A DNA stretch of 64,000 nucleotides, from IMG/VR virus record IMGVR_UViG_3300021959_008943, one strand, 5' to 3'. The notes beneath the pieces were generated by a model. The model searched no databases. It saw only the letters and a list, made by a program, of their open reading frames with translations, and was not told the DNA's origin. Below are positions 9,309 through 18,535 of the stretch, one piece after another. Both the position numbers and the translations under genes were made by a program. Positions within the stretch are counted from its first letter, which is position 1. Each line of letters starts with the position of its first letter. Source of the DNA: an uncultured virus (IMG/VR IMGVR_UViG_3300021959_008943). Taxonomy: Duplodnaviria > Heunggongvirae > Uroviricota > Caudoviricetes.

Positions 9309-9752
9309 TTATCCACCGGCTTCAAACTGCTTCCATCTTATAATATTGCCAATAGTTTGGTGGCGCCATTTCAAAGAATCAACAATCTCTGTTAATGTTT
9401 CAATTATTGTTTTGTAATACTGAATTTTTTCTTCAGATCTGCTAATTTCAGGATCACTATCATAATAATAGTCCATTTCGCCTTTCATAATTTTTAAACC
9501 ATTTAATGGATCTGGATCCCATCCAAGGTCTTCAATTGTTTCTTGGTCCATTTTGCCATTATACCAAAGCCATTTTTGTTTAAGCAACACCTTTTGTTCT
9601 CGCTCAGTACGCTTTAAAGAAAGCTTAGCGTGACTCAGTAATTGTAAATATTTTGCGTGAAGTTTTGGAGTATTTCTAGAAGTTTCGTCAAGACTTACTT
9701 TATCAATTACACATTCTTTAGACCATTGGTCTAGTATATCTTCTAAATTCAT
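9309..9752 (-). CDS. uvsY: Recombination mediator UvsY
   Basis: PKLHAKYL, W.WYNGK and I.N.I.W..F motifs; adjacent to uvsW. Confidence 0.9.
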   Translation of the reverse strand: MNLEDILDQWSKECVIDKVSLDETSRNTPKLHAKYLQLLSHAKLSLKRTEREQKVLLKQKWLWYNGKMDQETIEDLGWDPDPLNGLKIMKGEMDYYYDSDPEISRSEEKIQYYKTIIETLTEIVDSLKWRHQTIGNIIRWKQFEAGG

Positions 9753-9769
9753 AATAAAATATCCTAAGA

Positions 9770-10318
9770 TTATTCAAGTTCAAAATACGAGAATCTAAAT
9801 GTTACTGGATACGTAATCACTGATTCCCCACCGGCAATTGCTTCAAATTGGATATTACCTAATCCCGTTGGTACACAATCTATATATTTAATTTTTCTAG
9901 TTTGATTATTATGGCTAGATAAAATAACTAACGATATATCAGCATATGTTGGAGGGACATCTTCAATTCTATCTAAAGCCGTCCGGTTTTTATGCTCTAC
10001 AAGTCTATTTACCCAATTATACATTTCAACATATGAGTTTAAGTTCTCATCTAAAATAACCATTGCAGTTAATTCGCCGAACGTTAATTTATCGCCTGCA
10101 ACTGGAATATTACTAACTCTTTGATAGAACGTATCAGCGGCCTGGACTGTTAGATCCGGGTGCAATACAGTTTGAGCAAAAAACTCTAAGTTTTTAAAGT
10201 TTTTTCTATCTATAATTAATTTAAACGCGTTAGGTTGTAATAAGTTTATATTATTTAGCGTACTACTATAAGTAACATCACTTACCTCAACCGAAACTGA
10301 AGGGTTTAATTCTGGCAT
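9770..10318 (-). CDS. gp3: Tail tube terminator/completion protein gp3
   Basis: F..Q.V..P, GDKL.F, DENL..Y.E..NW and F.(Y/F)SYF motifs. Likely start ATG 10318 after GGAG. Confidence 0.85.
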   Translation of the reverse strand: MPELNPSVSVEVSDVTYSSTLNNINLLQPNAFKLIIDRKNFKNLEFFAQTVLHPDLTVQAADTFYQRVSNIPVAGDKLTFGELTAMVILDENLNSYVEMYNWVNRLVEHKNRTALDRIEDVPPTYADISLVILSSHNNQTRKIKYIDCVPTGLGNIQFEAIAGGESVITYPVTFRFSYFELE

Positions 10319-10339
10319 AAATAACTCCAAGGTTTGTTA

Positions 10340-10347
10340 TATTTATA
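10340..10347 (-). promoter_or_regulatory. Late promoter TATAAATA for gp3
   Basis: Exact motif about 20 nt upstream of the gp3 start. Confidence 0.7.
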
Positions 10348-10357
10348 TGAGGAAATT

Positions 10358-11119
10358 ATGGAAAGTTTTATTAGACAGCACCAAGTAGAAGATGTAAAAT
10401 TATGTGATGACATTGTAAATGTTTTTGAATCAGATCCAAATAAAGAATATAAATGTTCTGGTCAATCGGGTGGTTTTGTACAGAACCACGTAAAGGTTAG
10501 TTTAGACGAACAATTTAGTAGATATAATTATGGAAGAATTTTTGACAGATATGTCAAACACCTAACTCCACTTATTGCTGACTATATGGCTGAATTTGGT
10601 ATGCCTAATTTAGGTTTACAAAATGTACAGGTTCAAAAATATCTTCCTGGAGAAGGATTTAAAAAATATCATTTCGAAAGAGATGTTATGAACCCATGTA
10701 GAACACTCACGTTTATGACATATTTAAATGATGTAGAAAATGCTGGAACAGAATTTCTATTACAGAATATAACGACTGATGCAAAAAAAGGCTTGACTGT
10801 AATATGGCCAGCTGAATTTACACATCCTCATAGAGGAATCGTTTCAGAAACAGACATAAAATACATTATTACAGGCTGGTTTTCTTTCCTTGCTCCCGGA
10901 GGTGAGACCCCCAACGCTGTAGGCGAAGGTTTTCCTTGTCCAGAATCTCACATATATCTTATGCCAAGAGATCACGATCATAAATATAATCCGCCGATTC
11001 CGCAAGCTACTTTTGTTAATAACCGAGCTTTGGACTATGCTGATGGATCTATTTATCATCACCCAGATTATGATGAACTGCTAAAAAACTTCAAAGAAGA
11101 AGAAAAAAGGAGCGCCTAA
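10358..11119 (+). CDS. 2OG-Fe(II) oxygenase with C-terminal extension (only convincing plus-strand gene)
   Basis: QKYLPGEGF..YHFE, MTYLNDV...GTEF, WPA.FTH.HRG and KYIITGW. GAGGA SD before ATG 10358. Confidence 0.9.
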   Translation: MESFIRQHQVEDVKLCDDIVNVFESDPNKEYKCSGQSGGFVQNHVKVSLDEQFSRYNYGRIFDRYVKHLTPLIADYMAEFGMPNLGLQNVQVQKYLPGEGFKKYHFERDVMNPCRTLTFMTYLNDVENAGTEFLLQNITTDAKKGLTVIWPAEFTHPHRGIVSETDIKYIITGWFSFLAPGGETPNAVGEGFPCPESHIYLMPRDHDHKYNPPIPQATFVNNRALDYADGSIYHHPDYDELLKNFKEEEKRSA

Positions 11120-11126
11120 GCGCTCC
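11103..11126 (-). terminator. Rho-independent terminator downstream of gp23
   Basis: Minus strand GGAGCGC-TTAG-GCGCTCC-TTTTTT. Confidence 0.85.
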
Positions 11127-11147
11127 AGTTATAATAAAAGATAGTTT

Positions 11148-11172
11148 GGCGGGGTTTATCCCCGCCTTTTTC
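11148..11172 (+). terminator. Rho-independent terminator of the plus-strand oxygenase
   Basis: GGCGGGG-TTTAT-CCCCGCC-TTTTTT. Confidence 0.85.
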
Positions 11173-11181
11173 TTATATCTC

Positions 11182-12501
11182 TTATGTTTGTAGAATGTTG
11201 TCCACGCGGAAGATACGGTAGTATTGGTTCTGACGAGCATTACCCAAACCATTGTTTGAAATCGCACCAGGTACGAATGGATTTGCAGCCATACCGTAAC
11301 GAGTTTTGAAGCCAATTTTTGGTTGGAAATCGTTTTCACCAACTGCGCGTACCATTGTTAATGGAACGTATGGGCAATAGAACACACCAGCGTCATATGG
11401 GTTTGCACCTTTATAGCCAACTGTGATATAATCAGTTGTTGCATATGGGTCGATGTATACTTTCATCCGGCCATTAATAACACCAGCAAATGTATTGCCT
11501 GTGTCATCAACGTTCAAGTTAGTTGACAATGCTGGAGCATAATCCAAAGCACCTGCAGCAGCCAAAGCTGAAGCAACGTCTGATGAACAGATGATGAAGT
11601 TACCTTTACCGCGACGTGTGTCTTTTGCGATTTGGTTTGCTTCACGATCTAGTTGGACCAACAGACCTTTGAATTTTTCAACTGACCAGCGGCCATCAGC
11701 GTCTGTCGACAGATCGAAGATACCGTTGATTGCTGTGTTTTCTGTGCCTGCACCAGTTTTTGCTTGTGAGTTGATTGTACGTACAACTTCACGGTTGATT
11801 TCAGCCAAGATCTCTGTAGACAAAATGTTTGACAATTCTGTCTCAGCGTCCAAACCGTGGATCGCTTTAAGGTCTTGTGCCAGCTCCAAGCTGTATTCTG
11901 CTTTCAACGCACGTGATTTTGCAGTAACAGTTTGCTTTTCAATGGTGAAGCCCATGTTACGGAATGCACCTGAAAGTTCTGCATTAGCAGTTGACATGCC
12001 ATCGCCGAATGTTGGGTTTGAACCACGGTCATTGTCGATAGACGAGTCTGAGTTAGAGTCTGTCAAACCACCAAGGCCAGATGGATCTGAGCTTTGTGTA
12101 TCTGAAGAGTCGCCAGCAAATGTAGTATCTGCTTCGTTGAATAGCGCTTCAGCTGCGCCAGTTGTACCTGATGTGTAGCGTGATTTCATTGCGAAAATCA
12201 AGCCTGTTGGACCAGCCATTGGCTGAACGCCACATACGTCATATGCCATCATGTTTGGCATTGCGCGGCGGACCAATGAGATAAGGACTGGGTCCCAATT
12301 TGCTACAGAAGAGTTACCTACAGATGTTGCAGGTGCTTCTGACAAAAAGTTTTGTTGTGCACGTTCTTCGCGAAGTGCTTTTTCTGTGTTCTCCAGAACG
12401 ACAGCGGTAACTGCACGCTTATGCGTGTCAGCGATTTCACCAGCTGCTGATTCGTTCAAAACTGGAGACCATTTCTCTACGAGACGATCATAAGTTTCCA
12501 T
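11182..12501 (-). CDS. gp23: Major capsid protein gp23
   Basis: DPVLISLVRR.MP, GVQPM.GPTGLIFAM, SRALKAEYS.ELAQDLKAIHGLDAE.EL and FQPKIGFKTRYG. Confidence 0.99.
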   Translation of the reverse strand: METYDRLVEKWSPVLNESAAGEIADTHKRAVTAVVLENTEKALREERAQQNFLSEAPATSVGNSSVANWDPVLISLVRRAMPNMMAYDVCGVQPMAGPTGLIFAMKSRYTSGTTGAAEALFNEADTTFAGDSSDTQSSDPSGLGGLTDSNSDSSIDNDRGSNPTFGDGMSTANAELSGAFRNMGFTIEKQTVTAKSRALKAEYSLELAQDLKAIHGLDAETELSNILSTEILAEINREVVRTINSQAKTGAGTENTAINGIFDLSTDADGRWSVEKFKGLLVQLDREANQIAKDTRRGKGNFIICSSDVASALAAAGALDYAPALSTNLNVDDTGNTFAGVINGRMKVYIDPYATTDYITVGYKGANPYDAGVFYCPYVPLTMVRAVGENDFQPKIGFKTRYGMAANPFVPGAISNNGLGNARQNQYYRIFRVDNILQT

Positions 12502-12516
12502 AATAGGATCTCCTAA

Positions 12517-13458
12517 TTACTTTATTGATTTACGGATTGCTTGGATATACTGAGCCATCGCATCAGAAACATCTTCTTGAAGAGATTCTTCTTCTGTTTC
12601 TTCGTCGATTACTGACTCAGCTGTTTGTTTTTTGAAATATGATTCTTTGACAGTTGCTACTTTTGATTCAAAAGTTTCTGCATCTACAAAGTCCATATCT
12701 TCTACTAATGACTTAAGCTTTGCAACTTGAGTTTCTGCTAAATCTTTAGAAGCTTCGCGAATAATCGCTTCACGCTTATATGTTTCTAGCTCTTCTGCAA
12801 GTTCCATAGTTTTTGCTACTGCTTCATTGAATTGCTCTTCAAGCTCTTCGTTGTCTGCAGATAGTTCGTCAATTAGGTCAACTTTGGAATCTGGAACTTC
12901 AACATAAGATTCTACAAATAGGTCTTTCAACTTATCCATAAAGCCTTCTGCGATTTCTGTGCGTAAGCCAGATTGAATCGCAAGTTTATTTTCTTCCATC
13001 CAGTTCTCAACAACATAGTTGAGGTAGCTATCAACTTTCTCTACAAGGTCGCCCTTGATTGAAGCAACTTCTTCGTCTAGTTGAGTGCTATACTCAGATT
13101 CTAGGCGATTAATTTCTTCAGAAAGTTTTGATTTTACTGCTGCTTCAAAAATTACAGCTGTTTTGGCTTTAAACTCTTCAGAAAGAGTTGCCTCAGATTC
13201 CACCAAAGCATTTAAGTCTTCACTAAAGTCTCTATTAAATTCAATAGACTCGGCTTGTGGTGCAGCTGGTTTTGTTGCTGCAGGAATTACTGCTTTTTCG
13301 CCGCCATCTTTATCACCCTTACGCTTTTTAGCTTTAGGGCCTTTTTCTTCGGCAGCATCTACAGAGGCGACAGATTGTGCTTCTGCATTTTTTGGATCAT
13401 GAGCTTCTTCGATTTCCTCGTCGAGCTCTACATCCTGGTCTTGTACTTGATCAGTCAT
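12517..13458 (-). CDS. gp22: Prohead core scaffold gp22
   Basis: LSEEFK.K...IFEAAV, VDSYLNYVVE.W..EN and KESYF; acidic coiled coil. Confidence 0.93.
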   Translation of the reverse strand: MTDQVQDQDVELDEEIEEAHDPKNAEAQSVASVDAAEEKGPKAKKRKGDKDGGEKAVIPAATKPAAPQAESIEFNRDFSEDLNALVESEATLSEEFKAKTAVIFEAAVKSKLSEEINRLESEYSTQLDEEVASIKGDLVEKVDSYLNYVVENWMEENKLAIQSGLRTEIAEGFMDKLKDLFVESYVEVPDSKVDLIDELSADNEELEEQFNEAVAKTMELAEELETYKREAIIREASKDLAETQVAKLKSLVEDMDFVDAETFESKVATVKESYFKKQTAESVIDEETEEESLQEDVSDAMAQYIQAIRKSIK

Positions 13459-13473
13459 GTTTGACACTCCTAA

Positions 13474-14130
13474 TTATGATCTTTTCAACAACGAGAGGAA
13501 ATTCTTAAACTCACGTGTCTGAACTTCGTAAAGATCAGAACGTGGAGCTGCTTTAATTTCAGTCTCCATTTTATCAATTACTTGAGCTTCAATGATTCCA
13601 TTATTCCAAACCCATTCGACACCTTCCATTATTCCATTAACAAAAGCTGTTGGTGCAGATGGATCTTGTACAATATCAACTGTATTAAGAATAAAGTCAT
13701 CCTTGACGTACATAGTTCCGTTACGTTGCTCAAGGCTACCCATACCACGAGTTGAGACACCAAGTTGAACACCACCTTCAAGCAAACCTTTTACAATGTT
13801 TCCCATTGGAGTATCCAATATTTGTGCCTTACCCACAACATCATTACCATTCCATTCTAGTTTGGTAATGAGGTGGGATACTTTATCTAAGTTTACTGTT
13901 GGTCCATCTGGATGGTTTAACTCACCAACTGCGCGCTTAGTATTAATTTGTTCTGTAACGTATTTTCCTACGGCTTTCTCCATGATTGCCTTAGGGTAAA
14001 TACGTCCATTTCGGTTTTTCTGTTCTGACTGCATAAAAATGCCTTCAATAAAGTGATTCTTGCCGCCACCTTCTTTGGCTTCAACAATACACTCTAAACT
14101 TTGGTCATTATATTCTGCAATCAGCTTCAT
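13474..14130 (-). CDS. gp21: Prohead protease gp21
   Basis: IEGIFMQ, NRNGR.YP, GELNHP, GVSTRGMGSL and DIV.DPSAP.AFV. Confidence 0.97.
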   Translation of the reverse strand: MKLIAEYNDQSLECIVEAKEGGGKNHFIEGIFMQSEQKNRNGRIYPKAIMEKAVGKYVTEQINTKRAVGELNHPDGPTVNLDKVSHLITKLEWNGNDVVGKAQILDTPMGNIVKGLLEGGVQLGVSTRGMGSLEQRNGTMYVKDDFILNTVDIVQDPSAPTAFVNGIMEGVEWVWNNGIIEAQVIDKMETEIKAAPRSDLYEVQTREFKNFLSLLKRS

Positions 14131-14134
14131 GTTT

Positions 14135-14320
14135 TTAACCTTTATATTGTTTGACGAATTCTTTCGCCATTTTTATAGCTTCAGCTTCTGACTTATATTT
14201 ATCTAGCCTATCGCCATCAATAAAAACATCGTATACGTTTTTGTTCTTTTTGATTTCAACCGGTATCCGACCGATTTTCATCTTCTTAGAACTTTCACGT
14301 ATTTGATTAAATGTTTTCAT
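14135..14320 (-). CDS. Small basic hypothetical protein (gp68 position)
   Basis: 61-aa ORF starting MKTF.QIRE, downstream of a late promoter. Confidence 0.7.
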   Translation of the reverse strand: MKTFNQIRESSKKMKIGRIPVEIKKNKNVYDVFIDGDRLDKYKSEAEAIKMAKEFVKQYKG

Positions 14321-14342
14321 TTTATATACTTTCGTTTGAATT

Positions 14343-14350
14343 TATTTATA
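14343..14350 (-). promoter_or_regulatory. Late promoter TATAAATA for the prohead genes
   Basis: Exact intergenic motif. Confidence 0.75.
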
Positions 14351-14374
14351 ACATTTCAAATTTGTAAAATAAAT

Positions 14375-14707
14375 TTATTCTTTATATCCTAAACGTATCA
14401 TCTCGGCTTGAATCTTACCTTCTTGATTCATATCCTGAATTTTTTGAAAATCTTCTTCAACTTCAACTTCAGTTTCTTCTTCATCAGATTCAAAATCTTC
14501 ATCTTCTTCATCAGATTCAAAATCTTCATCTTCTAAGTCAAGTTCAAGTTGTTCTTCTTCGCCATTAAAAACTTGCCCAGCTACTTCAATTTTCGCTTGA
14601 TCTAAAGCGTCAGTCATTCTTTGGCCAATTAATTCTTGGAATACATCATTTGCAGCATTAAAGTCTTGGTTTGCTGCGTGCCCAATCATTGTTTCAATAT
14701 CACTCAT
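14375..14707 (-). CDS. Acidic prohead core protein (gp67-like)
   Basis: Very acidic small ORF overlapping the end of gp20; T4-like synteny. Confidence 0.7.
   Translation of the reverse strand: MSDIETMIGHAANQDFNAANDVFQELIGQRMTDALDQAKIEVAGQVFNGEEEQLELDLEDEDFESDEEDEDFESDEEETEVEVEEDFQKIQDMNQEGKIQAEMIRLGYKE
14475..14534. repeat. 27-bp tandem repeat, about 2.2 copies, encoding EDEDFESDE
   Basis: TCTTCTTCATCAGATTCAAAATCTTCA at 14475 and 14502. Confidence 0.9.
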
Positions 14708-16238
14708 TTTTATCTCCTTGAGGTGCTGGATTTATATGGTCATCATCGTGACCAATTTCTCCAGATTTTAATTCATCATCAATCTGATTACGCATTTGTT
14801 TAATATCGTCGTCATCAAAATGAAGTACATTCTTCATAACCCATTCTTTTGAATAGAACTCACCAACATACTGTTGCATAATATCTAACGTTTGTAAACG
14901 TTCTCTTAAAATTTCGGCATCTTTTAATTCTGAAAAATGATTATCTCTAATATAATCAACAAGAATATCGTTTGACCATTCATTCCAATCATCTTCAGTA
15001 ATAATACCTTTTAAAATTAATTGTTTTTTAAGAATATTATAAAAGAAATGGTTGAATCTAGATCTAAGCCTGTCAATAAACTTTTGAAATTTAAGTTCAT
15101 CCCGATTAATTTCTGTAGATCTGCCAAGAGAAAATTGAGATTCTTGTTCTAATCTATTAATTGGAACGTTTAAAGATCTATATAGGCGTTTTTGAAAGTA
15201 AATAATATCGTCAATTTGGCCAAGGTTTTCACCTCCTGGCAGTGTTGAAATCTCGGTGCCTCGGCCGCCTTCTCTACGAGGAAGCCAAAAATCTTCAAGC
15301 ATTGACATATGTTTACGGTCATCTTTAATTGCGCCTGTTGATGCGTCATAAACTAATTTATTACGGTACTTAGCCATAATGTTTTTCATATATTCTTCAG
15401 ACTTACCCTTTGGCAAATTACCAACATCAATATAGAATATACGGCGCTCAGGAGCTCTAGCTAATCTATAAATGACTAGCGAGTCTTCCATCATACGTAA
15501 TTGATTAATTGGTTTTAATGATTTATGTAAGTGTGAAACAACTCTTTTTCTGCGCTCATCTAATAAGCCAGAGGTAACATATGAAACGGAATCTGTTGTA
15601 AGTTTTACGCCTTGTGCCTGAGCACCAGGTTTTTCTTGGTAAATAAAGAACTCATCAACATTTTTAATAACTGAAACGCCTGATACTGGATCTTTTTCTC
15701 TTCTTACTTGTTTTACTTTACGAATCTTAGAAGCATCAATTGGTCTTATTTCTTGAATACCAGCTTTTGCATTTTTATCATCAATAACCAAATGGTGATA
15801 CATTCTACCATCAACATACCAACGCTTAAACATGTCGTGCCCATGTTCGCCAAATTGAATCATTCTATAAACGTTATCGAATTCTTCTATAATTTGTTTT
15901 TTAATATTATCAGGTGCTTTTACTTTATCTAAAACTAAAGAAACGTTTTGCTCTTCATTTGAAGAAGTAATAGATTCGTTGATAATATCTTCTACCGCTG
16001 CGTCTACCTCAGGGTGAGTAGCTACAGCTCTATATTGTAATATAAGTTGCTGGTCATCTTTAGTTTTATCGTTACCTTCAATATCGACGTACGTACCAAA
16101 ATGTGCTCCAGCCGCAGTAATATAGCCAGCGCCGTCATCGTCCAATGGAGGAACGATTGAAGGTAACATATCTTTGTTAACCTTTTTACCGGCTCTTTTA
16201 ATCTCAAAACCAAATAATGTTAAACTATTGTCTGCCAT
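14700..16238 (-). CDS. gp20: Portal protein gp20
   Basis: WYVDGR, NQLRMMEDSLVIYRL.RAPERRIFYIDVGN.PK and EDFWLPRREGGRGTEI.TLPGG. Confidence 0.99.
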   Translation of the reverse strand: MADNSLTLFGFEIKRAGKKVNKDMLPSIVPPLDDDGAGYITAAGAHFGTYVDIEGNDKTKDDQQLILQYRAVATHPEVDAAVEDIINESITSSNEEQNVSLVLDKVKAPDNIKKQIIEEFDNVYRMIQFGEHGHDMFKRWYVDGRMYHHLVIDDKNAKAGIQEIRPIDASKIRKVKQVRREKDPVSGVSVIKNVDEFFIYQEKPGAQAQGVKLTTDSVSYVTSGLLDERRKRVVSHLHKSLKPINQLRMMEDSLVIYRLARAPERRIFYIDVGNLPKGKSEEYMKNIMAKYRNKLVYDASTGAIKDDRKHMSMLEDFWLPRREGGRGTEISTLPGGENLGQIDDIIYFQKRLYRSLNVPINRLEQESQFSLGRSTEINRDELKFQKFIDRLRSRFNHFFYNILKKQLILKGIITEDDWNEWSNDILVDYIRDNHFSELKDAEILRERLQTLDIMQQYVGEFYSKEWVMKNVLHFDDDDIKQMRNQIDDELKSGEIGHDDDHINPAPQGDKNE

Positions 16239-16249
16239 TTTGAATTCCT

Positions 16250-16282
16250 AAAATAAAGATGTAGGGCCTGTGAAGGCCCTAC
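16250..16282 (-). terminator. Hairpin/terminator between gp19 and gp20
   Basis: GTAGGGCC-TTCACA-GGCCCTAC followed by ATCTTTTATTTT. Confidence 0.6.
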
Positions 16283-16290
16283 GATATTTT

Positions 16291-16298
16291 TATTTATA
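16291..16298 (-). promoter_or_regulatory. Late promoter TATAAATA upstream of gp20
   Basis: Exact intergenic motif. Confidence 0.65.
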
Positions 16299-16301
16299 CT
16301 A

Positions 16302-16829
16302 CTATGAAGTAGTTGCTGCTTCCCAGTATTGTACTTGGAATTCAACAGTAAATCTTTCAATTTCATTTTCTGAAGCATAGCTTAGATCAATTGGTGAAAT
16401 AGCTGTTGGGAAAGCGCCACGGAAATTGTATGTTTTTAGTGTGCTTCCATCTTTGTCAATTTGCTCAACAAACAGATCAGCTTCATAATCAGTGGGGTTT
16501 GTTAGACCGGTATTTGCAGAGTGTGCATTCATACCATTCATCCAACGCTCCATTGCGTTACGAACATTAAAATCTGTATCGTTAATAATTGTTGGAGTCC
16601 ATACATCAAATGTACGATCTCCAGCCATTTTTAATTGACGCCCCCGGAAAGGAACAATAATTGTTCCCATTGTTGATCCTGGTAACTGAGCTGCTTCACA
16701 TAAGAATGAAGTAAGCTCTATATCGCCACCAGCATATCCTGGAAATGTAATTGTAGATTTAAAGAGATTAGGGCGTGCGCCTCCACCTCTTAGTTTTGCT
16801 TTAAAATCATCAACACCTAGTACTGCCAT
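16302..16829 (-). CDS. gp19: Tail tube protein gp19
   Basis: GGARPNLF, A.LPGS, FRGR..K.AGDRTF..W and IE.F.V.F...YW. Confidence 0.96.
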   Translation of the reverse strand: MAVLGVDDFKAKLRGGGARPNLFKSTITFPGYAGGDIELTSFLCEAAQLPGSTMGTIIVPFRGRQLKMAGDRTFDVWTPTIINDTDFNVRNAMERWMNGMNAHSANTGLTNPTDYEADLFVEQIDKDGSTLKTYNFRGAFPTAISPIDLSYASENEIERFTVEFQVQYWEAATTS

Positions 16830-16840
16830 TTTTTATCTCC

Positions 16841-18460
16841 TTATACCTGTAGTCCAGCGACTTCTTCAAAGTCCACACCGGTTCTAACAGCTACAAAGTT
16901 AAGAGTAATGTAGTTAATAGAACGTGCAGGTTTAATGAAAATGTTTGCAATAAATTCATTTCTATCGATTACAGCTGCTGTGTTATTTGTTTCGTCACAT
17001 ACGACACGGAAGTCTGTAATACCTCTCCGTCCTTTTACTTCTCTTAAAAATGGCTCAACGATACTTACAAATTCTGCTCTTGTAAATTCATCGTTAAATT
17101 CGAACATTGTGTTTCTCGCAGCCAAAGCAATTGATCTTTCCAAAACTAAAAACAGGCGACGTACGTTAATACGATCAAATGCTGATGGTCTATTCATGTG
17201 AGTTTTATCACCAAATAGAAGCACACCTTGTCCTGGCATATTTGCAATTGGATTAATACCTGCTTTATACAGCGTATCTCTTTGAGCTTTTGTTGGTGTG
17301 TATGCTAGGTTAGTTACGCCTAGATAGTTACCACGTCTTGGGCCAGCTGGTGAGAACCAAGGTGCTGCGTTTGCATCTGATGCCGCCATAATACCGGCTG
17401 TAGATGATGATGCAGGAATATGAATGTATTTGTCGTTATATTTATCATACACCTTTAACCAGTTATTATCAACAACTAAGTATGAACTGTATGTATAATC
17501 ATCAACATCTGCTACAGTAGCAGTAACAGGATCTGATGCATTTACAACAGAAGCGCTAGCTGGAGATGTTACTACAACACAATCTTTACGTGTTGAGCTA
17601 GCAGTTGCAACTAAATCATCAACAACTGTTTCTTGAGCAGACGCAGTGGTCATACCTGGTGCAATTAAGAAATCTACTTCAATTGTATCTTTATCTTCAA
17701 CTTGATTATAAGCAGTTGTATAATCGCCTGTTGAAATCGTGCCGTCGTGGCCAAATGCAAGCGAAGCAGAATCTTTTGCGTCTGCAAAGGAAGCACCATT
17801 ATACCAAAGCCAGTTTGATCTAGCATTAATAACGTCTTTTGCATAGTTTGTTGAACCATCAGCGTTTGTTGCTGAAGCTGAAGTTGATAAGAATGAATAT
17901 CTTTCTAGTACACTATTTGAAGTACCTGTAATTACGCCATCCTCATCAAGCACGAGAACGTGAACTTCACCTGCATCTGGTTGTCCATCAAATTGCGCTT
18001 TAAATGATGCTGCATCTGTAGCCCAAGATCCATTATTAAGAACAGCGTATTTTAAGCTGTTTCCTAGTGTTCCTGGATATTTTGCTGTCCAATCAGCAAG
18101 TCCAGTAAGTGTATCTCTATGGTCAGCATTCTTAATAAGATCTGCTGAATCTTGGCCTGCGAGGCCTGCGGCAGCGTTTGCAGCGCTGTCTCCATCTATT
18201 GCACGAACGACTTGAAGTGCATTAGAATATTTTAAAAAATATGCAGCTGTATGGAAGTCAACTGCGCGGTTGTCGTCTGGTGCGCCAAAAGTTGTAGCTA
18301 GTTCAGTTTCTGTACTGATCTTAGTAGCTACTTCCGCCGGGCCCCAACGAAATTCACCAGCATATGCGCCAGTAGTAGATTGAACGTTAGGCACACCGCC
18401 TGTTAGATCTACTTCTTTGACGATAATAGCTGGAGATTCGGAAGGTACGCCTATTGCCAT
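16841..18460 (-). CDS. gp18: Tail sheath protein gp18
   Basis: SP...VKEVDLT, F.WGP, WFSPAG..RG, FDRINVRRLF and KPARSIN.I.LNF.A. Confidence 0.97.
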   Translation of the reverse strand: MAIGVPSESPAIIVKEVDLTGGVPNVQSTTGAYAGEFRWGPAEVATKISTETELATTFGAPDDNRAVDFHTAAYFLKYSNALQVVRAIDGDSAANAAAGLAGQDSADLIKNADHRDTLTGLADWTAKYPGTLGNSLKYAVLNNGSWATDAASFKAQFDGQPDAGEVHVLVLDEDGVITGTSNSVLERYSFLSTSASATNADGSTNYAKDVINARSNWLWYNGASFADAKDSASLAFGHDGTISTGDYTTAYNQVEDKDTIEVDFLIAPGMTTASAQETVVDDLVATASSTRKDCVVVTSPASASVVNASDPVTATVADVDDYTYSSYLVVDNNWLKVYDKYNDKYIHIPASSSTAGIMAASDANAAPWFSPAGPRRGNYLGVTNLAYTPTKAQRDTLYKAGINPIANMPGQGVLLFGDKTHMNRPSAFDRINVRRLFLVLERSIALAARNTMFEFNDEFTRAEFVSIVEPFLREVKGRRGITDFRVVCDETNNTAAVIDRNEFIANIFIKPARSINYITLNFVAVRTGVDFEEVAGLQV

Positions 18461-18523
18461 CTTTGTTTTCCTTTTCCAGTGAAACAATTATAAGTAATCA
18501 TGATACGAATATTCAATTACTAG

Positions 18524-18531
18524 TATTTATA
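18524..18531 (-). promoter_or_regulatory. Late promoter TATAAATA for gp18/gp19
   Basis: Exact intergenic motif. Confidence 0.75.
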
Positions 18532-18535
18532 ATTT

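Noticed and set aside
11591..13464. Plus-strand ORFs opposite gp23 and gp22
   Set aside because: Antisense shadows of strongly codon-biased genes; no recognisable motifs.
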